From NCBI RefSeq assembly GCF_009914755.1, contig NC_060937.1: a DNA stretch of 64,000 nt; one strand, given 5' to 3'. Positions within the stretch are counted from its first letter, which is position 1. Each line of letters starts with the position of its first letter. Origin of the DNA: the human T2T-CHM13v2.0 reference genome, Homo sapiens. The notes below the pieces were generated by a model. That model was not told the DNA's origin. It worked only from the letters and a program-made list of their open reading frames with translations, and did not search any database. Made by a program: the position numbers and the translations under genes. Of the stretch, positions 56,459 through 64,000 are shown piece after piece.

Positions 56459-57486
56459 CTAAAACCCTAGAAATTTCACTGAGGTAGAAGGTCCCTGAAT
56501 TTTAGTCAGATTAATTTCCTGTCCTCTGGCATGCAAATGTTTCACCGATAAGTCCAGTGTGTTTGCCACTTCCTGCTCACTGGATCCAATCAGCATAATG
56601 TCTTCAATGTAATGGACCAGTGTGATATCCTGTGGAAGCAAAAAGTGATCAAGTTCTGTCCGAATAAAACTATGACACAAAGCCGGAGAGTTGATATACC
56701 TCTGAGGTAGGACAGTAAAGGTATATTGCTGGCCTCGTCAGCTGAAGGCAAATTGCTTCTGGTGGGCCTTATGGACAGGAATGGAGAAAAAGGCATTTGC
56801 CAAGTCAATGGCTGCACACCAGACACCAGGGAACGTGTTAATTTGCTCAAACAATGAAACCACATCTGGTACAGCAGCTGCAATTGGAGTCACCATTTGG
56901 TTAAGCTTATGATAATACACTGTCATTCTCCAAGATCCATGTGTCTTCTGCACAGGCCAAATGGGAAAGTTGAACGGGGGTGTGGTGGGAATCACTACCC
57001 CTGTGTCTTTCAAGTCCTTGATGGTGGCACTAATCTCTGCAATCTCTCCAAGGCTGTGACATTGTTTTTGATTTACTATTCTTCTATGTAGAGGCAGCTC
57101 TAATAGCTTCCATTTGGCCTTTCCCACCATAATAGCCCTCACCCTACCAGTCAGGGGGCCAATGTGGTGGTTCTGCCAGCTGCTAAGTATGCCTGTGCCA
57201 ATTATGCATTCTGGCACTGGGGAAATGACTAAAGGATGAGTCCAGGGACCCACTGGACACACCGTAAGTCAAACCAGAGCTAAAATTCCGTAATTATCTG
57301 ACTTCTGTAAGCTCCTACTTTAACTGGAGGATCACAGTGATGTTTTGGGTCCCCAGCAATCAATGTCATCTCACAGCCAGTGTCCAGTAGTTCCCGAAAT
57401 GTCTGATCATTTCCCTTTCCGCAGTGCACAGTTACCCTGGTAACAGTTTGGAGGTCTCCTCGGGGAAGGATGGGAGAAAGATTCAA
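56459..57486 (-). pseudogene. HERV-L protease/reverse transcriptase remnant
   Basis: LLDTG protease motif; PFNFPIWPVQK..GSWRMTV; AIDLANAFFSIP; LVHYIEDI (decayed YxDD). Confidence 0.9.
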
Positions 57487-57554
57487 TGCATAAATTGTTG
57501 GTAATGTAGTGGGGTCCTTCCTTAAGGGGACCCAACCTCCCCTTCATTCATAAA

Positions 57555-57840
57555 TTTTTTTTTTTTTTGAGATGGAGTCTCTCTCTGTCACCCAGGCTGC
57601 AATGCTCATGCCTGTAATCCCAACACTTTAGGAGGTCAAGGCAGGTAGATCACCTGAGGTCAGGAGTTCAAGACCAGCGTGGTCAACATGGTGAAACCCC
57701 ACCTCTACTAAAAAATGCAAAAATTATCTGGGTGTTGTGGCGCCCCTGTAATCCCAGCTACTCGGGAGGTTGACGTAGGAGAATTGCTTGAACCTGGGAA
57801 GTGGAGGCTTCAGTGAGCTGAGATCGCACCACTGCATTCA
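57555..57840. mobile_element. AluS with an internal inversion (3' tip on minus strand, body on plus strand)
   Basis: 57555-57599 is poly(T)+gagatggagtct...cccaggctg (reverse 3' end); 57604-57839 is a forward Alu from gctcatgcctgtaatccc to cactgcattc. Confidence 0.9.
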
Positions 57841-58955
57841 TTGCTATTTATGATCACATTATAGTTAATGGAATTCCTAGCAGCCTGATAGAGACTAGTT
57901 CATTCAACGTTCACCCCTCTCCCATTATTTATGAGTTCCCAAAGGGCTACTTTACCTGTGCCCACAAAATGGTCCATTAGCAGCAGTCTCCATGCAAGAT
58001 CACTGCCCTTTCTCTGTACCTGCTGACCATCTGCCAAACTGCTGTCAAACATTTCAGTCACTTTCCACATCATGAAGATGCTAATGTTTACCTAATTACC
58101 AACAAACAACACTTTGAATCTGTATACTCTTATCTCGTGGATAGTACATTGCTGGGTTGATTTTGTAGGTGAAGTTTTTTTTTAACACATGAACTGTGAA
58201 TTAGTAATACCTGCAATCACAAATCCATGTCTCAAAAAACCTTCTCACGTGGATTGCAGAAGATTCTGAGCCCTCGCTCATCTATTAATTTGGGAAATGA
58301 ACTAAGTTAAGACCTGATGCTGATATTAATAGATCCCATACTATATGTGCCCCTTTTCTCTATTGTCCTCAAATCCTCTGTTTTGTGACTTAAAACACCC
58401 TGTTATCAGTATGAAATTACATTTTGCATGGATAACAATTGATACCAACTTAGGTGAAAATATAACATGAATAAAAGAGGTGGATTACCTGTTAATCTAC
58501 TTCAAGTAATACGCTCAGCCTCCCATATTTTAGTAAAGAGCTTAAAGAGAATCTCGAAGTAGAACTCTACCGTGTTGATACTTTAACCTTACATTAAGAA
58601 ATACTGGTTGAGAAAAAAATGAAAAAGAAAAAATAACTGGATGATCATTGTGGTTTGTAATTTTTGCTGTCATTGGAGTCAGAACCAGTGTTTCTTGAAA
58701 ACAGGTGAGGAGAGATATGTACCTATATTTGTTTGTTTTCATTAGCCAAGTTATTCTCTTTTACCTTTTGTACAGAGCCATGTCTAACTTCAATATATAA
58801 AGACATATTCTATTTATAATGGTGTATAAAGGTAACTTAATTAGTTCATGTGGTTCTCAATCCAAAACCAATGATCTATTTCAAAAATAAAAACTGCCTG
58901 GTCCAAAATACTTTACGGATGATTTGAATGCAATTATTTTTCTCATGGTTCGCAA

Positions 58956-59022
58956 CACAAGTATTCAGTATAAGTGAGAAATATTCAGTGTAAGTGACTT
59001 TTCACAAGTATTCAGTATAAGT
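58956..59022. repeat. Short local triplication of tattcagtRtaagt
   Basis: cacaagtattcagtataagt at 58956 and 59003, with a partial copy at 58982. Confidence 0.85.
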
Positions 59023-59195
59023 TAGTAGTAATTTTGCATTTCACTGCATTAAATGACAACTCAACTGTGTAAAAACCAGACGAGGGTGGAATTGCTCAAC
59101 TGTAGGATTTCTCTTTCTCTCCATGGTAGCCAGTGAGGCTCTTTGAGGCCAGTTGTGAATATCAGCGCTGATTTTTGTAGTCATCAGTGCAGACG

Positions 59196-59358
59196 AATGC
59201 TTCTCACAATTTAATGTGCCCACATATCACTTGGGGATCTTGGTAAAATGCACATCAGATCACGTAGGTTTGTGTTGGTCCTAAGATTCTTCATTCATAA
59301 TGAGCTCCCTAGTGACTAATATAGTGACTGATGTGGATCACACTTTGGTAAACAAGGG
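59196..59358 (+). mobile_element. MER5B-like hAT-Charlie MITE
   Basis: tgcttctcacaatttaatgtgc...atcacttggggatcttggtaaaatgca...atcacactttg..aacaagg. Confidence 0.75.
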
Positions 59359-59812
59359 TCTACATTATTCAAATCAAATTTTCTTCATTTTATACAAATA
59401 TATATTTTGAGACAGTACCCATGCAGGCCACTGCATTACAATAGACTTTGTTTTATTTACCTTTGTAATATACCTGTCATTCCTCAAGCACGTAAGAACT
59501 GAGTATTAGGGTGAGACAGCTTGACATGAATTGTGCTAGCAACCATGAAAGAACACTCTTCATAATAGAAATCACCCTAGATAATTTCTGTAAGGAAGAT
59601 TAATAATGGACTACAAAGAATATACTCTAATAATTATACACATTGATGATGTTCTGTGGGAATAACATAAGCACATATTTGTATTGATAATTTTCAAACA
59701 GAGAAAAATAATACATTAAATCAATATTAAATAATTCTTATTAATTTATGAATGTAGGAGATATGGTAGTGACACCTCTTGGTAATAAGTGGAGTAGCAA
59801 GATAAGTGCCTT

Positions 59813-60200
59813 TACCTTTGCATTTTATATATATATATATGTGTATATATATATATATACAACTATATATTAGGTTATATATTATACTACTAATACGAAC
59901 ACTACTGGTACTAATACTAATAATACTAACACTAGCATTAGTATTAGTAGTATAATATATAATCTAATATATATATGTACATATATAAAAGGCTAAGGTA
60001 ACACTGGTATTAGTAGTATAATATATAATGTGTTTTACATATATATAAAATGCAAAGGAAATACTGGTATTAGTAGTAGTATAATATATAGTATAATACT
60101 AGTATTAGTATTACTAGTATAATACATAATCTAATATGTATGTACTAATACTACTTATATATATTAAATATATATATACTATTATATATTAGTAGTATAT
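59813..60200. repeat. AT-rich complex palindromic/low-complexity region
   Basis: Nested inverted repeats; see findings. Confidence 0.85.
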
Positions 60201-61239
60201 ATTCATTGCTTTTTAAATTAATAGTTAATAGCATCAGATTACTTATGTAGGCTCAGGTACATCAAGTATTTAAACTCATTTGTACTTATTTTCCTCTCAT
60301 TAATAGATTATGGTAAACAGTTTCTTAGTATAAAATAACTAACTTGTTCCTTTTTATTTTTGTGTCACTAACACAACAAGTAATGGAAATTTATATATTG
60401 AGTAAAAAAAAGTAGTAATAGTAGTATTTTCATTGGGGTAAATTATGATTATTTTTTAAAAATTTCCTTAATTGAGTTATTTCTGCATAGCAACGGAAGG
60501 AAGAAACAGAATACCCATGTTGTTCTTAAAAGAAGACAATATTATAATACTTGGTAATATCTAGGGGCTTAATGCATCTTGCAATATGATATGTATATAG
60601 TTTCATATGCTGATTTATCACTTTAGTTAGGCAAAACTATACAAAAATTCATTAAAAATATTTTAGCATTTTTTAGAACATGAGTTGCAATTTTGCTTGG
60701 TATCAACGTAGAAAAGGCAAGCTAATAGCAATATGGGAATGGTTAATGCCTGTACTTAATACATATTTGTTGAAATAGTGAATGACAAATAGTATGGCAA
60801 AATCATACCTTTGATATAAAATGATATGGGCAAATATAGGGTGGAATTGCTATACTTAATTAAAATATATATATAGCCAGTTGATTTTTTATGTAATAGC
60901 TTCTGTTTTGTAAACAAGTATCTTATTCTACTTTTTAAAACTGTAGGAAACTGGTCTGCCACCTATGGTATAGAATTACAGAATCTTAAGGATTCTTTTT
61001 ATGGTTTATAGCTCCCTTCTAACAATTTTGTAAGTGAATATTCTAAATGAATTTAATTTGACAACAGTGTCAAAGTTCCTGGTATATTATAAAACTGTCA
61101 CATTAATCTTGCATTACCCCTTTGAAATAGTGAAAATGAAGTATTTTTGACATAAAACTTGACTTTTAGATACAGGAGATAATTGAAAGTATATTTTCCA
61201 AATAACAAAGAAGGTAGTGATATAAAAGTAATTATACTT

Positions 61240-61449
61240 TGTGTTGCTTAATTTTATGTGGCAACCTGACTGGGTCACTGGGTGCCCATATATTTGGTCT
61301 AACATTATTCTGGGTGTTTTTATGGGAGTGGTTTTGGATGAGCATAACAATTAAATAGGTAGACTGAGTAAAGCACATTGCTCTCCATAGTTGGCCTCAT
61401 CCAATCAGTTGAAGGTCACAATACAACAAAAGACTGAAGCTCCCCTAAG
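61240..61449 (+). mobile_element. MLT2B/D ERVL LTR, 5' fragment
   Basis: ttaattttatgtggcaacctgactggg...tagactgagtaaagca...cctcatccaatcagttgaagg. Confidence 0.82.
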
Positions 61450-61744
61450 TTAGTCATGCACACTGCATAAAATAGCAAATGAACCTGAATTGTGAATAAC
61501 CTGGGAAAAGTGGTTAAGATGTAAGGCAGAGAAGATAAGATGAAGAAAAAAAATATTAAAGAAGAGAAAGAGATGCCTTTATGAAAAGAAAGTGCTGGAA
61601 GGGTAATAATACATGAAAACGCTAGAATGCCCCTGAAGATAAGCAGACACAGACTGGGAGAAATGATGGGTTGTTTGGAAGTTGTTAACACATATCAATC
61701 CTACTCTTAATGTTCATAGAGTTAACACAATGAGGAATTGGCCA

Positions 61745-62030
61745 TTGTATATCTCAGGGTATGATATAGTAATAAGCAATCTTAACATCTCATGGCTTAG
61801 CACTACATAAGTTTATTTCCCATTCACACTATGAACCTGTCATATGAGCAGCATATTTAGATCATTATAGTTATTCTCAGATTCCAGCTGATAGTAGCTT
61901 TATTTTAGCATTTGCTTCCAAGATCACCTTAGCAGAAGGAAAAGATGTGATCATTTATTCTCAGGCTTTGTAAAACTACAGTGGAATTGATTCATGCCGT
62001 TTCAAACATTTCATTGAACAAAGCTGCTAC
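61745..62030 (-). mobile_element. Old MLT1-type LTR fragment
   Basis: atctcatggcttagcactacataagtttatttcccattcacacta ... catttcattgaacaaagc; diverged. Confidence 0.45.
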
Positions 62031-62074
62031 TGTACTCTATTTTATACTCTATGCTATTCAAATCATTTGATAAA

Positions 62075-62200
62075 TATGAGGAGAGCTAGCATTGGCCAGG
62101 ATTGGTAACAAATTGGATGAGGCATAAAAGAAAAAGTAAGGAATCTTAGATGACTCCAAATTCTCTAGTTCAAATTGGATAGGTTGTTAAACTACAAGTG
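62075..62200 (-). mobile_element. L2 fragment
   Basis: caggattggtaacaaattggatg...ggaatcttagatgactcca resembles reverse L2. Confidence 0.4.
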
Positions 62201-62389
62201 CAAAGAATTAGAGAAAAAGAGAACTAAAATACACAGACTTCAGCTTGTGTGAGAGAATCTATCAGGAATTATGTGTGTGTGTGTGTGTGGGTACACGTGT
62301 GTTGGGTATGTAGCAGGTTTTGTATCACAGAGTAAATGCTTGACTGACATTTAACTTACCACTCCTAATATTAATGTGCTTACAACATC

Positions 62390-62910
62390 ACATGCCAGAT
62401 TTGCATGTAGGAAATTATTCCCTCATAGATGAAACCCACCTGTCTTTTACTGCTTTGTGATACTGGAAATGGACCTTGTAAACATTTCTCTTTTGCCAGC
62501 TGACATAATATCAAGCTGGGTCAGTAAAGAGTGCTGGTCTGATTGGTTTCTCTGTCTTCTTTGCTCCTGCAGTGTGTGAAGACCAGTTCCTGGGAGATAT
62601 CCAGTGAAGCTGACCTTCCAGATGGCTCTTCAGTGACCTAGCCCCAGACAATTACCCAGCATTTTGTTAGAACTACAACTGGCCTTCCTACAAGTTTTGC
62701 AAGCATCTTAGCAGGTAGTTTCTAAGCATGTTTCAGTTATACTTCCATGGGTGGCTTCCCAGGGAGTCCCACCAGCATGTCAGAAGGTGGCTTCATAATT
62801 AGTTTCAACAGCACCACAAAGGTGGCTTTTCAGTGGGTTCAATTGGAGACCAGCCAGAATCAGTGCATTCCTTCGGCATCCCAGTGGGAAGTTTTCTGCT
62901 TTTCAGTCCC
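62390..62910 (+). mobile_element. LTR50-like ERVL LTR fragment
   Basis: ttttgccagctgacataatatcaagct..gtcagtaaagagtgctgg resembles recalled LTR50; followed by internally repetitive cagtg units. Confidence 0.45.
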
Positions 62911-62917
62911 TGTCTAT

Positions 62918-63255
62918 TGTATGAATTATTTGTGATTTTCTGTAATTTATGATGCTTTGACATCTCAGGGTCTCGCTAACGCTAGAAATACTGTTCCTCT
63001 CGTGGTTAGCTAGTTCCTAGAGACAGTAATCAACTTGTCTGCCAGCACATCTTTTACATGCAAACCAAGAAATCCAAAGTCCATACCCCCAACCACCTCC
63101 TTTATTTAACTCTCACACACCAAATCAATATTGTGCCTGCTCTAAATTATTCCAGGGATAAGTATTAGACAACTGGGGATACCTATATAGCCGAGAGCTT
63201 ACTGATATTGTTCAAGCCTACCAATTCTAAGGATTTACCATGCCTAGCCCATTCT
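62918..63255 (+). mobile_element. MER54-like ERVL LTR fragment
   Basis: tgatgctttgacatct...ttcctagagacag...atgcaaaccaa...cccccaaccacctcc. Confidence 0.6.
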
Positions 63256-63259
63256 TGAA

Positions 63260-64000
63260 CTTGATTCTAAGGGTTTCAGACAAAGGACATTGGGATACAA
63301 ACACTAAATTGGACTGAATTCATTAATACAGGCATAGTTACTACAGATTCTGGATATAATGTGGTAGGTAGATTGTGGACCTGGAGCTACATTTAACCAT
63401 GGATTTTTTATTTAAGAAAAACTTGGAAAAAACAGTGTTTCATGAGAATTTATATGTTAGAGCTTCCCTGGTACGATGTGGAAGAGGGAATCCTGGGGCT
63501 TTAGTAGATAGGTATGTTGAAGTAGAATGAGCATGTGCAACATGTAGTCCCAATTTGTATGTTTAAGAGAAAGTCTAGCAGTCACCCCCTTTATTAAGGT
63601 AGTGAGAAATGTACTCATGAGGGAAACACCTGAATCCATGAAAAGCCCCGTGATTGCTTTCCTTTGTAGGTTATTTGTGACTATGGGAGATACTGCAACT
63701 GATTTGTTCTTTCTAGTTTCAATATGGAAGATTGGATCCAGAGGTACCAGAGGCCAAGTCGTAGCACTTAACTGCCAAGACAAGGTTGATGTATTAATCA
63801 TAAGGGGCAGCTCAAGGATGTACTGGTATGCATAAAGACTTACCCAGTAAGGAACTTTGGTCCTGCTTAATTAATTGATTATGGTATTCCTAAGATAGAA
63901 ATAGATGGATGTCTTACTGGAATACAGCTTGATTAACATTAGAAAATAACAAAAACAATAGTTTCAATCTGGTAATAAAAACCCTGTTGCCACAGTAGAG
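63260..64000 (+). mobile_element. Old ERVL-type internal (gag) fragment, runs off the window
   Basis: ctgaattcattaatacagg...cagattctggatataatgt; peptide VRNVLMRETPESMKSPVIAFLCR...GSRGTRGQVVALN is ERV-L gag-like. Confidence 0.7.

Larger units (their letters stand above)
53765..57550 (-). mobile_element. HERV-L internal region, 3' half only (pro-pol-dUTPase, no env); most of gag and the 5' LTR missing
   Basis: Minus-strand ORF fragments with protease, RT, RNase H, integrase and dUTPase motifs in HERV-L order. Confidence 0.93.

Noticed and set aside
61240-61449. MLT2 fragment as the missing 5' LTR of the HERV-L
   Set aside because: Opposite orientation and a different, older-looking MLT2 subfamily.

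Overview
AT-rich primate (human-like, catarrhine/hominoid) genomic DNA. I cannot support any host protein-coding exon, RNA gene or prokaryotic-type system. A large part of the window is interspersed repeat: a Tigger3b DNA transposon; 11 Alus, most with readable TSDs; a full-length decayed L1PA8-like LINE (35403-42408) interrupted by a MER9 (HML-3) solo LTR with a perfect 6-bp TSD; solo LTRs (THE1, LTR28-like, MER51, MER34-like, MLT1A); the 3' half of a HERV-L provirus (MLT2A LTR plus pro/RT/RH/IN/dUTPase remnants, 52979-57550, minus strand); and older L1M/MIR/L2/ERVL fragments. All ORFs in the track that resemble known proteins are transposon remnants. The most unusual signals are small rearrangement scars: a 20-bp inverted templated insertion in L1 ORF1, a scrambled hairpin junction on a tiny young L1, a 41-bp perfect inverted duplication in the MLT2A LTR, an internally inverted Alu at the point where the HERV-L is cut off, an AT-rich palindrome, and an unexplained ~110-bp dispersed direct repeat. 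Repeat subfamily names come from recalled consensus sequences, not from a database search. I found no convincing new biological system.
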